From: Ruminiclostridium sp.
Lineage (GTDB): Bacteria; Bacillota; Clostridia; Acetivibrionales; DTU013
Reading direction: 5' to 3'
DNA: 34,119 nucleotides
Assembly: GCA_012027035.1 (NCBI GenBank)
Contig: VEPD01000072.1
Location: forward strand, 1-34,119
A program made the position numbers and the translations under genes. This document shows, in pieces, positions 1 through 9,436 of the stretch. The notes under the pieces were generated by a model, which worked only from the letters and a program-made list of their open reading frames with translations, was not told the DNA's origin and made no database searches. How positions within the stretch are numbered: the first letter of the stretch is position 1; the number at the start of each line of letters is the position of its first letter.

Positions 1-816
1 ATGTTCACCCCTTGCAATATCAAAATCACTACTCTCCATTCGGACGATATTTTTTTCTAACGCCTCCGTCCACGCTTGAATTGTATCTGCATGCATCGTT
101 AATGGGTAAAGGGAAATATGGCATTCTTTCAAAGGTTTTATTGTCTTTAATGTTCTGGAATCAATATTTGCAAGTCCCGTACCTTTCACCGCACAGCCGA
201 AGGTAAGATGAAGCAAAGGGTCATCATACCTCTCTTCAATGTCCTGCAATCCCTGAAGCCGCATTGTTGCATCCCAAATCGACGCCTCATTCCTATGATA
301 CCAGATAACCCTGTCATCCTGATTTTCTACAACCACGTCCGGCAGCTCAATTACAGGCTCGGGACTATCACACATGGCATAGCTGCTGTGAAGCTCCTGT
401 CCTTCAAGCCTACGCTCGGAGGTACGCCAGACTTCAAGAACGGCTTCTGTTTCAAACGGGTTACTTCCTCTAATATCCAGATGAATCACGGGCCTGTTTG
501 CATCTACCCAGATGACGATTTCCATTTCAGGCTGTCCTGTGCAAATCGAGATTGAACCTTGGCAAAAATCAAGTTTCTGACTGAAGGACATATTTTTTAC
601 ATTCAGGCCGGGCTTAAATGATACCCGCATTCTACCGATATTCAAACGCCGCATGTTTTCGTTCCATGTATCAGTTTTGCTTATATAAAATAGCAGATCG
701 CCGTTTTCCTCAGTCCAGACATTTACACCGATATCTCCATTACCCGCCGGCATGGAATCCGGTGAGCCGGAGCCCGGAGTATTCCATATCACATTAAATT
801 TTTCTATTTTCTCCAT
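1..816 (-). CDS. DUF5703-like / GH95-related glycosidase-like protein, 5' part (runs off the left edge; absent from the ORF track)
   Basis: Hand translation from ATG at 816 (GGAG upstream): MEKIEKFNVIWNTPGSGSPDSMPAGNGDIGVNVWTEENGDLLFYISKTDTWNENMRRLNIGRMRV. The SMPxGNGDIGxNVW...DLLFYI pattern is typical of DUF5703/GH95-like N-termini. Frame is open at both ends checked. Confidence 0.8.
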   Translation of the reverse strand, partial: MEKIEKFNVIWNTPGSGSPDSMPAGNGDIGVNVWTEENGDLLFYISKTDTWNENMRRLNIGRMRVSFKPGLNVKNMSFSQKLDFCQGSISICTGQPEMEIVIWVDANRPVIHLDIRGSNPFETEAVLEVWRTSERRLEGQELHSSYAMCDSPEPVIELPDVVVENQDDRVIWYHRNEASIWDATMRLQGLQDIEERYDDPLLHLTFGCAVKGTGLANIDSRTLKTIKPLKECHISLYPLTMHADTIQAWTEALEKNIVRMESSDFDIARGEH

Positions 817-861
817 TAATTTTCTCCATAATTCTATTGTACAAGATCACTCTTCTATAAA

Positions 862-900
862 TGCATTGAAGACCTGGCTATTCTGCCAGACCTTCAGTGC
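862..900 (-). terminator. Intergenic stem-loop (terminator or mRNA processing/stability hairpin)
   Basis: Imperfect inverted repeat GCATTGAAGACCTGGC-tattct-GCCAGACCTTCAGTGC between two co-oriented genes; weak U-tract. Confidence 0.4.
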
Positions 901-919
901 ATTAGATTTACTGTGGTTG

Positions 920-2428
920 TCATTTATCCGCCGACGATCTATATCCGGCGCTTTGTAAAACGACTGGCACAAGCATAACCGTATGGCGGCCGTCGACCGT
1001 CAATTCCATAACGAATCTAAACGTGATATCATCCGTATCTTCAGCCGACAAAATGCACTCTATCTCGTTTTCACCGGTATAAGCAAAGATTTTGCCGCGC
1101 TTTGCCGGACTGACCGACCATCCTTCGTGCAGATACCATTTTATATTCACATTTTCCGCATACTTATACTTATTGACTATTTTGATCCTGAGCCTCTTTT
1201 GATACGGTCTTTTTATATATGGCCCGTCTATATAATCAACCAGGACGTCGTAGTATTCAAAACTATAGGAGGGACCGTTTAAATTCCTGTACAGGCTGTT
1301 AAAACCAGGCGCTGAAAATAAGTTTCTATAATCAAGATCGCTTAAATCAGTAGCCTTTATCTCCGATAATTCCATATCCTGCCGATATCTCAACACTGCC
1401 TGCCTGGCTATAGCCTCAATCCTTTCTGCAAGTTCATCAATATTTAAGGCCGCTTCCCAAAAATCGCCGAGATTCAGGCTCATGGTCTTGATGCTCCTGC
1501 CTATAGGTTTAGTCCATCTGTCGGGTATTGCGTCAATCCCATGGATGATTCCCATAATCGAACCCAACGTAGCACCGGTACAGTCGGTATCCTCGCCGCA
1601 GTTCACCGCGGTGCACAGGGATTTCCCGAAATCTCCCTCTCCATAAAGCCAGCCAATAATAATCATACCTATGTTTGCCGGCACATCAAAGCCTAATTTT
1701 CCATCAGAAAACCCTTTTTCCACATCCTCTTTTGAGATACCTGCATTTTTCACATAATGACCCCTGTACCTGGAAAGCATCTCATCCCGCGCCTCAAGCC
1801 AGGTTTTGCCCGATTGCCGGCTATCTATAGCGCATTTTACAGCTTTGCTGATGGCACAGTCCTCCGGTATATAAGACAATCCAATATCTATAAGCCTGTA
1901 TACGTCCTTTTCAACAAAGGCCGCGCTCTCAAGCACCGCGCAGAATATCTCGGCATACATCCCTTCGCCGTTGCCATGGTCGACCGCCGCATCCTCATAA
2001 GCGTATTTTGCCGCAATTGCGGGGCATCCTGGGGCAATGCAGGCCCAAATCTCCGAGCGTATAAAAGCGCCGCAGCTATCCTTGTAGCAATTGTTCTCAA
2101 TACCGCTCAACGGAGGCATCAGCCCTGCTCTCAGATTGATTTTACTATATCCGTATTCACTCCAGTGAGGACCTATGTAGGAAAGCCAGTATTCGCCCAG
2201 CATCTGCGAGTTGACATCAAGCCCCTGCCTCTCAAGCGCCGAAAGCCATACAAGCTGCAGATCAAGGTCGTCGTTTGGCAAAGCCTCGCCTTTTAATTCC
2301 TGTATGTAAAATGAGACATTATTTACCTGCCGCTTCCATTCCATGGGCGCGCCTAATGTTCCCCCAATATTTTTGCCCATAAAACAACCCAAAACCTTTT
2401 TCCTGAAATCGTTTAAAGATAGAATCAT
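920..2428 (-). CDS. ADP-ribosylglycohydrolase (ARH/DraG) family protein with C-terminal beta-rich extension
   Basis: 502 aa; family motifs GCFMGKNIGGTLGAPME, PNDDLD and GEDTDCTGATLGSIMG; GAGGAGG RBS. Confidence 0.88.
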   Translation of the reverse strand: MILSLNDFRKKVLGCFMGKNIGGTLGAPMEWKRQVNNVSFYIQELKGEALPNDDLDLQLVWLSALERQGLDVNSQMLGEYWLSYIGPHWSEYGYSKINLRAGLMPPLSGIENNCYKDSCGAFIRSEIWACIAPGCPAIAAKYAYEDAAVDHGNGEGMYAEIFCAVLESAAFVEKDVYRLIDIGLSYIPEDCAISKAVKCAIDSRQSGKTWLEARDEMLSRYRGHYVKNAGISKEDVEKGFSDGKLGFDVPANIGMIIIGWLYGEGDFGKSLCTAVNCGEDTDCTGATLGSIMGIIHGIDAIPDRWTKPIGRSIKTMSLNLGDFWEAALNIDELAERIEAIARQAVLRYRQDMELSEIKATDLSDLDYRNLFSAPGFNSLYRNLNGPSYSFEYYDVLVDYIDGPYIKRPYQKRLRIKIVNKYKYAENVNIKWYLHEGWSVSPAKRGKIFAYTGENEIECILSAEDTDDITFRFVMELTVDGRHTVMLVPVVLQSAGYRSSADK

Positions 2429-2502
2429 AAAATTGCCTCCTCACTTAAAACTCATTGATCTTAACCTTAAATCAACGGATTTTTATAAAAATGCTATTAT
2501 CC

Positions 2503-4071
2503 TCATAGCTGTTGAATCTCAAAACTGCAATTTGCCTCACCGGATACCGGCGGTATAACAATACTGATCCAATCATCTTTAATTATAAACGCAGCGGAAC
2601 TACCATTGATAGCAGCCTGAACTGCCTTCTCACGAGGCGGTTTCGAGAACCGCACCGATAGTTGTTGAAATGTTTGCCCCGAGTATTCACCCTGTATGTT
2701 GTCATTCTGCATCTTATAGGAGATTTGACGCCCCCGGTATGACAGTGTCTGTCCAAAACCTGCAATCCAGAATTCCTCCGGAACGGTCGGCCCTATATAT
2801 AATGTCCCGTCGAGGCCATGCTCCACTCCAAGCATGAAACGTTGAACGATCCGTATCAGATTGGCTGGATACTCACAGTACTTTTCCGCACCATAGCCGC
2901 CTTTGCCGTTATAGCGTTCACGCCAGTAGTATCCATTATCCCTGCCTGCTTTACAGACTTGATAAACCGCTTCCAACAGTCCATGCGCATCACGCATGTT
3001 GGCCCGCGCCCAGGATTCGATGTACCAAACCCGCCCCATGGCTGCAAGATCCATACTATCGTCATATGTAGATTCCCATTTTTCATAGGTCATTGGCAGA
3101 GTAGCTATGCCTGTAGGCATTCCACCATAATAGAATAACTTCTCGTCCTTCAGCATAGGCCAAAGAATGGCTTGCTGTTCCGCGCCGGCCGTACCGGTAG
3201 CGATTGAACTCCAGTCCACGTCTGTCAGGCCATGATTTGAAATGACGCCGTACTCAGGGTGAATGTATTCAGCGAATCTGTTATTGAGCCAGAATCGGGT
3301 ACGGAAATGAGTTTCGATTCGGTTGGCAAGTTTCCGGTATTTTTGGGATGCCTCACTATTGTTTGTAATAGCATTTAATTCTGCAATGCGATGGAATGCG
3401 TCCACGGTGTGACACTGCGACACTCCATCGTATTCAACACGGGTAGGCCGTTCAACATAATAGCCGGCCCCCTTGACAGCGCCGTCGTCCATAGTCAGGG
3501 ACGCCAGATAGTCCGCCGCCAGATTGACAGATGGCAGTTGTCCGGCAAGCCATTCACGATCCTGCGTGAAACGGAAGATAATATCTGCATTTTGAATATA
3601 AGTAGTATATGTGGACACTCTGAGCGGATCACCAGGCACCCAGTGACGATAAAGGCCGCCATTCGTATCCACCTGGGCGGGTGAATCCGAAGGGCCTATA
3701 TTTTTGCCGGCTTCGGCAGGAAGGATTGCAAAGGGCAATTGTCCATTCGGCCTTTGAAATTTTTTTACATAATCCCAGTTCGCTCTCACTACATCAATTT
3801 GCTCCAGCCACAGGAGCGCGTCTGTCATCTGGTGCCCATCCACCGCAGGATAGCTGTTGCCGTAGCCAAAGCCTATGCCGTCGGCACATACCGAAAAGTA
3901 TCCGAAAAAGACTTCAGGGTTGACTGCAGCAAGTATGTTTTGCGCCGCAGCCCGTTCATAGGCTTCCATAATCAGCCTGTCAGGAATATCAGGCAGTGAA
4001 CCAAGGGATATTGGCTTACCGGCGCTATCCTTCACTTTAAGCAATATGCCAGGCTTATCTTGTTTCGTCAT
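2503..4071 (-). CDS. Uncharacterised six-hairpin glycosidase-like protein
   Basis: About 522 aa; ATG at 4071 follows AAGGAG. Helical barrel-like segments (DREWLAGQLPSVNLAADYL, ASQKYRKLANRIETHFRTRFW) and C-terminal RFMLGVEHGLDGTLYIGPTVP resemble (alpha/alpha)6 glycosidases. No signal peptide. Confidence 0.6.
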   Translation of the reverse strand: MTKQDKPGILLKVKDSAGKPISLGSLPDIPDRLIMEAYERAAAQNILAAVNPEVFFGYFSVCADGIGFGYGNSYPAVDGHQMTDALLWLEQIDVVRANWDYVKKFQRPNGQLPFAILPAEAGKNIGPSDSPAQVDTNGGLYRHWVPGDPLRVSTYTTYIQNADIIFRFTQDREWLAGQLPSVNLAADYLASLTMDDGAVKGAGYYVERPTRVEYDGVSQCHTVDAFHRIAELNAITNNSEASQKYRKLANRIETHFRTRFWLNNRFAEYIHPEYGVISNHGLTDVDWSSIATGTAGAEQQAILWPMLKDEKLFYYGGMPTGIATLPMTYEKWESTYDDSMDLAAMGRVWYIESWARANMRDAHGLLEAVYQVCKAGRDNGYYWRERYNGKGGYGAEKYCEYPANLIRIVQRFMLGVEHGLDGTLYIGPTVPEEFWIAGFGQTLSYRGRQISYKMQNDNIQGEYSGQTFQQLSVRFSKPPREKAVQAAINGSSAAFIIKDDWISIVIPPVSGEANCSFEIQQL

Positions 4072-4148
4072 ATTTTGCAACTCCTTTCCCCCGAAAATAT
4101 GCTTTTACCCTGCTTCACCAACTGTTTGATCCGTTCGAAAAATTTGCC

Positions 4149-5315
4149 CTATTTTTCACCTTGGAACAATTCGGGATGCCTTGCCGCATACTCCTCAGAA
4201 GCTTCGGTAAAAGCTGCAAGGTTTTCCAGAGGTGTTCCCGGGCATACATTTGCACCGTCGCTCAGGATAAAGCCGCCATATGGCGCTATTGCCTCAAGCG
4301 CTTCCATACATGCTTTCTTCACTTCTTGTTTTGTTCCGTTCTTCATCAGCACAGGATCGATATTCCCCGACATGAATACTTTACCTCCCATATTCCTGGC
4401 GGCTACTTCAGGAGGGACAAGCGAACCGAAATTATTAAAGCTTGATATTTTCAAATCCTCCACCAGCGTCTTGTGCAGGTGTATGCTATTTCCGCACATG
4501 TGCATTCCCCTGCTGCCGGACATCCCTGAACCAAATCTTTCATAAAGGATCTTGTCATAAGGGACGGTAAACTCCCGGAACATCGCATCGGACATGATTT
4601 GGGCGGAATCTTCAGCCAGTTGGACCGGGCCCTGCTTTTTGGAGTCGATTTTCCTGGCGTTTTCTTCGATGGAAATCAATCCTTTGGTAATCTTGTCCAG
4701 CAGCCGGTGGCACTCATCGGGATATTCCAGCATCCACCAGTAGAAATCCGTCCCCACAAGGTCCACTGCAATCATATGAGGTCCCAAACCCAGCAAAGTA
4801 AGCGGAGCAATTTCAACCCGGCCTTTTTGGCTATTGAATGTAATTTCCGTATTCCCGGCCAGCTCTTTCATTTTCAGCCACCATTCAATTGTTTTGCCGC
4901 ATAGTCCCGCATCAGGCTCAGGTATTTTGAAGGACTCTATTTCACTTACATCCTTCATAGTAGGAATAGCTTGCAGCGTCTCATTTTCCGGCCAGGCTAC
5001 CTCTACGCCGAAAGCGGATGACGCTATAACATTGTCAAAATAGGGGTGCACGTATATTACCGGCTCAGTACAGAAATCACATGGGATATTCTCGATCTGA
5101 TACTTTGCAAATTGCAAAAGCCAGTAATAATGGGTTTCTACATCCTCGAAAATTTTGCGGTAATCGATACCGAAAACCCTTGTAAAAAACCTTGGTACAA
5201 TGCAAAAACCGACGGGTACACGATCGAAGTACTTGAAATACGGCCATACTTCCAATATCTTTTTACTCTTTTCCATCTTCTCTAACGGATAATCAATGTT
5301 CAACGAAAATCTCAT
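4149..5315 (-). CDS. Uroporphyrinogen decarboxylase / MtaA-CmuA methyltransferase-like TIM-barrel protein (paralog A)
   Basis: 388 aa; DRVPV, MSDAMFREFTVPY, HMCG, GNIDP and GGFILSDGANVCPGTPLENL motifs. Confidence 0.85.
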   Translation of the reverse strand: MRFSLNIDYPLEKMEKSKKILEVWPYFKYFDRVPVGFCIVPRFFTRVFGIDYRKIFEDVETHYYWLLQFAKYQIENIPCDFCTEPVIYVHPYFDNVIASSAFGVEVAWPENETLQAIPTMKDVSEIESFKIPEPDAGLCGKTIEWWLKMKELAGNTEITFNSQKGRVEIAPLTLLGLGPHMIAVDLVGTDFYWWMLEYPDECHRLLDKITKGLISIEENARKIDSKKQGPVQLAEDSAQIMSDAMFREFTVPYDKILYERFGSGMSGSRGMHMCGNSIHLHKTLVEDLKISSFNNFGSLVPPEVAARNMGGKVFMSGNIDPVLMKNGTKQEVKKACMEALEAIAPYGGFILSDGANVCPGTPLENLAAFTEASEEYAARHPELFQGEK

Positions 5316-5334
5316 ACACTCATATTAAACCATA

Positions 5335-5365
5335 TATAGGGATGTGTATTTAACACACCCCTATA
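5335..5365 (-). terminator. Stem-loop downstream of the ABC binding-protein gene
   Basis: Minus strand TATAGGGGTGTGT-taaat-ACACATCCCTATA, 13 bp stem with one G-U pair, no U-tract. Confidence 0.6.
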
Positions 5366-5416
5366 CAAGTTACCCCTTTTCGTTTAGTGAAATACGGTCA
5401 TTATATCATCTGTACT

Positions 5417-7183
5417 TTATTTGAGAGTATTTGCCAGCGCCTCGGCGCTTTCGTAATTCTTCTTATACTCTGCATTCACAGCTTCCATACCCATGGACAT
5501 AACTTCCTTAATTACTGCTTCCCTGACAGAGTCGAAGGTTGCGTCATCCTTTGCCATAATGATTTTAGCCATGTTGGCAACGTAGTACTCTGCCGCCTTG
5601 TTCGAGATCTGTTCATTTTCAGCTGAAGCCGGCGGTATAATAAAAGCGGCAAAAGGATAGGTTGAGATTGTTTTCGCCAGCCCGTCCTTGACCCATTTGG
5701 CGTATACTTGCCCGGGATAGGAGAAGCTTGGGTCAAAATCCTGTGCAAAGCTCTTTTTGTTCGTTGGGACGCCGTTTTGCTTAAACTCCGTAGTATTCTT
5801 CAAATTAAGCGGTAAGCCGTCAGGAGTCTTAAATTCTCCAGAAGTCCAGGCCGAACCCATAGCGGCATAGGTTTCACCGTCTATTCCGGTAGGGTTTGCT
5901 TTTGCATAATCATTGATTGTCCCGTTCTTGAGCGCCTCAAGCCTTGGTCCAATGAGCTGCGCCTTTCCGCCAACCACATCCCAGTCAACGCCTTTTATGC
6001 CGTTGAAAAGTGTCCTTGCCCCATCCACCGAGTCAAAATAGTTCAACAATTGCATGGCCCGTTCAGGATATTTGGTTGATGCGTTGATGGCTCTGGCCTG
6101 TTCCATCTGGTATCCTATCGGATTCTCAGCGGTATATACGTCGGTCAGGACCGGAAATGCGCCTGCAAGCTGGACAAGAACCGCCTTATCCCCCAGAACT
6201 GTCGCATCCAGGGAGAACCATTGCGCATCTGCTACAAGAACCGTACCGGCTTTAACCTTGGCTTCATACTGGCCATATTTCATCGTAAATGCCTCCGGGT
6301 CGAAGATTCCCATTCGATATGCCTTATTGAAGAACTTCAATCCTTTCCAGAAGATACCATCTGCTGCAGTAAGTCCGCTTTCTATTACTCCGGTCTCCCT
6401 GTTTACAAAATGATTGAGCGCTGAATTTGTATATCCGTGCGCAAACGGATAGGATATCAGGTATACCCACAATCCCCAGTCGCTCCATGCAGAGAGGGCG
6501 TAGATTTTTTTATCGCCAGTTGCCTTGCGCTGGTAGTCCTGCATTTGTTTAAGTACGTTGAGATAATCATCCTCGCCGGACATTTTTGGCGAGCCAACGG
6601 CCTTATAGATATCGTAACGGGTATTGAACGTCGGGCCTGCGTCAATGGAAGAGCTTGTATCCGCTACGGTTGTAAAGGCAGGCAGTAAATATGTCTTACC
6701 CTTTCCCGCTACTTGCTTGGACCATTTAAGCGCTATTGGGATATTCTGTTTAATATTCTGCCCATACTTGTCAAGCAGGTCATCGAGAGGCAGCAGCGCG
6801 CCGGATTCAATCAGGCTGGGGGCAGTAGCTGAAAAAACTCTAAATATATCCGGTAAATCGCCCCCCGCGCTAAGAACCTTGAATTTTTCCACATCGTAAT
6901 TCACAAAACTGAGTGTAACACCTGTTTGCGCTTCAATTTCCTTAAAAACGGAATTGTCCTGATGCGTCCCATCGCTCAGAGTACTGCCCATGCCTATTGT
7001 AAGTGTGATGGGCGTTTTGTCTACCGCAGTTGTGCTGGGACTTGATTCGGTACTTTCACTGGAAGCGGCAGTTGAACTAGATTCTGTTGTCCCGCCCTGC
7101 TTTGAACCGCAGGCAAACAACGACACGCTCATAATGGCTGCAATAGACACTGCCATAAGCCGTTTGAAAATGTTGGATTTCAT
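5417..7183 (-). CDS. Carbohydrate ABC transporter substrate-binding lipoprotein
   Basis: 588 aa; signal peptide with lipobox LFAC, Ser/Thr-rich linker, GDLPDIF and LLPLDDLLDKYG motifs; AGGAGGAG RBS. Confidence 0.93.
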   Translation of the reverse strand: MKSNIFKRLMAVSIAAIMSVSLFACGSKQGGTTESSSTAASSESTESSPSTTAVDKTPITLTIGMGSTLSDGTHQDNSVFKEIEAQTGVTLSFVNYDVEKFKVLSAGGDLPDIFRVFSATAPSLIESGALLPLDDLLDKYGQNIKQNIPIALKWSKQVAGKGKTYLLPAFTTVADTSSSIDAGPTFNTRYDIYKAVGSPKMSGEDDYLNVLKQMQDYQRKATGDKKIYALSAWSDWGLWVYLISYPFAHGYTNSALNHFVNRETGVIESGLTAADGIFWKGLKFFNKAYRMGIFDPEAFTMKYGQYEAKVKAGTVLVADAQWFSLDATVLGDKAVLVQLAGAFPVLTDVYTAENPIGYQMEQARAINASTKYPERAMQLLNYFDSVDGARTLFNGIKGVDWDVVGGKAQLIGPRLEALKNGTINDYAKANPTGIDGETYAAMGSAWTSGEFKTPDGLPLNLKNTTEFKQNGVPTNKKSFAQDFDPSFSYPGQVYAKWVKDGLAKTISTYPFAAFIIPPASAENEQISNKAAEYYVANMAKIIMAKDDATFDSVREAVIKEVMSMGMEAVNAEYKKNYESAEALANTLK

Positions 7184-7250
7184 CGATCTTCTCCTCCTGT
7201 TAATTTATTTTTATTAAAACGCTGCAGCGAAATAATACAAACTTAAGGAA

Positions 7251-8165
7251 TCAACCTTTTATAGCGCCAAACATGATGCCTTTTGCAAAATGCTTCTGAA
7301 GAAAGGGATAAACCATCAAAATCGGGACAACAGAAATGACAATAATGGTCATCTGCACACTCTGGGGAGTGATGACCGGCGCCTTGAACGTCCCTGGAAC
7401 ATTTAAGTTGTTTCTCATACTCATAGCAACATCCTGTGCATTGCGCAAATAGTTGTAGAGAATCATCTGCACAGTCTGAAGGTGCGGATTATTAGCCAGA
7501 AAGTAATTATCCGTCCATGTGTTCCATGCCGACACGGCGGAATAGACTGAAATTGTGGCAATAATCGGCTTTGACAGTGGTATTATTATTCTGAAAAATA
7601 TTTGAAAAAATCCCGCTCCGTCCATTGACGCCGATTCTTCCATTGAAGCGGGCAGCTGCTCAATAAATGTTTTTACCAGAATCACATAAAACGCATTAAC
7701 CATCCCCGGAATTATATAAAGCAGGAAACTGTTCTTTAAGCCATAACTCTTCATGGCGATATACCATGGAATCAAGCCCACGTTCAGATACATTGTGATG
7801 ATGACAAGGCGGTAAACAAATCTTCTGCCTATCATCTCTTTTTTTGTTACAAGATAAGCAAGCATTGAAGAGCAGACAACAGTTAATAAAGTCCCCAGAA
7901 CTGTTCTTGAAACTGATATAAGAGAAGCATTCAGCAGATCTCCTCTCTGAAATATGCTTGTATAAGTATAGAAGCTGAGTTTCAGGGGCAGCAGGATGAC
8001 GCCCTTTACCGATGCCTCTGTGGGGTCTGAGATAGAATAAATAATGACATAGTAAAACGGATAAATACATAACAGTGTGAATACTGACATAGTTAAATAA
8101 TTCAATTTATTAAAGACTTTCTCTCCTACACTTGTTTTAACAATACCCATTATTATTCTATCCAT
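7251..8165 (-). CDS. Carbohydrate ABC transporter permease (MalG/LplC-like)
   Basis: 304 aa, hydrophobic; EAA-type loop LPASMEESASMDGAG; C-terminal YPFLQKHFAKGIMFGAIKG. Alternative start at 8150. Confidence 0.95.
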   Translation of the reverse strand: MDRIIMGIVKTSVGEKVFNKLNYLTMSVFTLLCIYPFYYVIIYSISDPTEASVKGVILLPLKLSFYTYTSIFQRGDLLNASLISVSRTVLGTLLTVVCSSMLAYLVTKKEMIGRRFVYRLVIITMYLNVGLIPWYIAMKSYGLKNSFLLYIIPGMVNAFYVILVKTFIEQLPASMEESASMDGAGFFQIFFRIIIPLSKPIIATISVYSAVSAWNTWTDNYFLANNPHLQTVQMILYNYLRNAQDVAMSMRNNLNVPGTFKAPVITPQSVQMTIIVISVVPILMVYPFLQKHFAKGIMFGAIKG

Positions 8166-8202
8166 CCTTTGTCAATTTATCTATTGCACAATTTATAAAA
8201 GC

Positions 8203-9138
8203 TCAAACAAGCGACTCTCCCCGCAGCCTCTTGGATATCCAGTTTACAGTAAACAGAAGAATTACGCTGACCATGGACTTCAGCATTCCTATTGCTATAG
8301 AGTAGGAATAGTCATTTATCAATATTCCAACCTTGTAAACATAATAATCAAGAACCTCGATTTTATCAGCTACCATGGAGTTATAAAATACAAAATATTG
8401 ATCAAACCCATTATTTAGAAAATTGCTTATACCAAGGAGCAACAAAACAAGATATGTCGGTATCAGTCCCGGAACGGTGACATGCATGATTGTTTGTACT
8501 CTATTGGCGCCTTCAGCTTTTGCAGCGTCATATAGTTCTACGTCTATACCGGCAATTACAGCTATAAATATAATTGCGCTCCAGCCTAATCCTTTCCACA
8601 GCCCCAGGCCAAGCTGAAATAACCAGACGTACGTATTGTTTCCCAGTATGCCAACCTCAGAGGTCGGGATATGAAATACCGATAAAACAGTATTGACAAG
8701 TCCCGAGGAAGAAAACATAGCAAATGAAAGACCGAATACAACGATCCAGCTGATGAAATTGGGCAATGTTGTCATTGTTTGAACAAACCTTTTGAATTTA
8801 CTGCTTCCTATCTCGTTGAGCATAATGGCAAAAATGACGGTCAGCGGCGAAAAGATAATACCTAATGTACTCATGGCAAATGTATTCCTGAGAACTCTGA
8901 GAATCTCATTTCGTCCATCAAAGAGTTTGATAAAATTATCAAAACCGACAAATTTCATATCGCTGAGCCGGAACCCGATTTTGTAATCAACAAAGGCGTA
9001 TGCCCAGCCAAAAAGCAGCATATAGTTGAAAGCTATAACCAAAAAAACAAATGGAAGCGATAAAAACAAATATTTAAGTCCGGTTATTTTTTTTCTGCTG
9101 ATATTAAAGTTTTTCAACACCGAAATTTGTATATTCAT
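8203..9138 (-). CDS. Carbohydrate ABC transporter permease (LplB-like)
   Basis: 311 aa; FVGFDNF, LPNFISW and ELYDAAKAEGANRVQTIMHVTVP motifs. Confidence 0.95.
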   Translation of the reverse strand: MNIQISVLKNFNISRKKITGLKYLFLSLPFVFLVIAFNYMLLFGWAYAFVDYKIGFRLSDMKFVGFDNFIKLFDGRNEILRVLRNTFAMSTLGIIFSPLTVIFAIMLNEIGSSKFKRFVQTMTTLPNFISWIVVFGLSFAMFSSSGLVNTVLSVFHIPTSEVGILGNNTYVWLFQLGLGLWKGLGWSAIIFIAVIAGIDVELYDAAKAEGANRVQTIMHVTVPGLIPTYLVLLLLGISNFLNNGFDQYFVFYNSMVADKIEVLDYYVYKVGILINDYSYSIAIGMLKSMVSVILLFTVNWISKRLRGESLV

Positions 9139-9209
9139 GAAGTATTGATATCCTTCCCATGTACTGTTTAGTAATTATTACTGCATCCTTCAACATAGTA
9201 TCTTTATAT

Positions 9210-9355
9210 TTAGTATATCCCTGAAGAATACCGGGTACAATGAACAATCGTACTAATTATACAAGAATAATATAGGGACAGATTGGATTTTATACATTCT
9301 ATATAAAAAAGCCCGGACTATTTTACGATTTGCGGACTAATGCTACAGCGTAAAC
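9210..9355. repeat. Duplicated promoter segment, copy 1 (matches 12944-13088)
   Basis: 146 bp direct repeat with a handful of substitutions and one indel in the A-run. Confidence 0.95.
9212..9240 (-). promoter_or_regulatory. Putative sigma-A promoter of the ABC operon
   Basis: Minus strand TTGTAC-17 nt-TATACT, about 75 bp upstream of the permease start. Confidence 0.6.
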
Positions 9356-9356
9356 C

Positions 9357-9417
9357 TCCTTTATATTTCCCCTGATCCCATTGAGTCTTGATTTGCTTAT
9401 ACCGTCGCCGTCATCAA
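9357..9417 (-). pseudogene. 61 bp remnant of the histidine kinase 3' region (matches 13344-13404)
   Basis: 56 of 61 nt identical by hand alignment to the kinase segment encoding DDGDGISESRLNEIRENIEE. Confidence 0.85.
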
Positions 9418-9436
9418 AACATGATAGCATGTATAA

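Noticed and set aside
12-958. Plus-strand ORFs 12-206, 208-555 and 752-958
   Set aside because: Antisense shadows of the minus-strand DUF5703-like gene; no recognisable motifs.
4149-5315. Calling the URO-D-like genes hemE
   Set aside because: They lack the HemE N-terminal RQAGR motif, carry HxC, and have no tetrapyrrole context.
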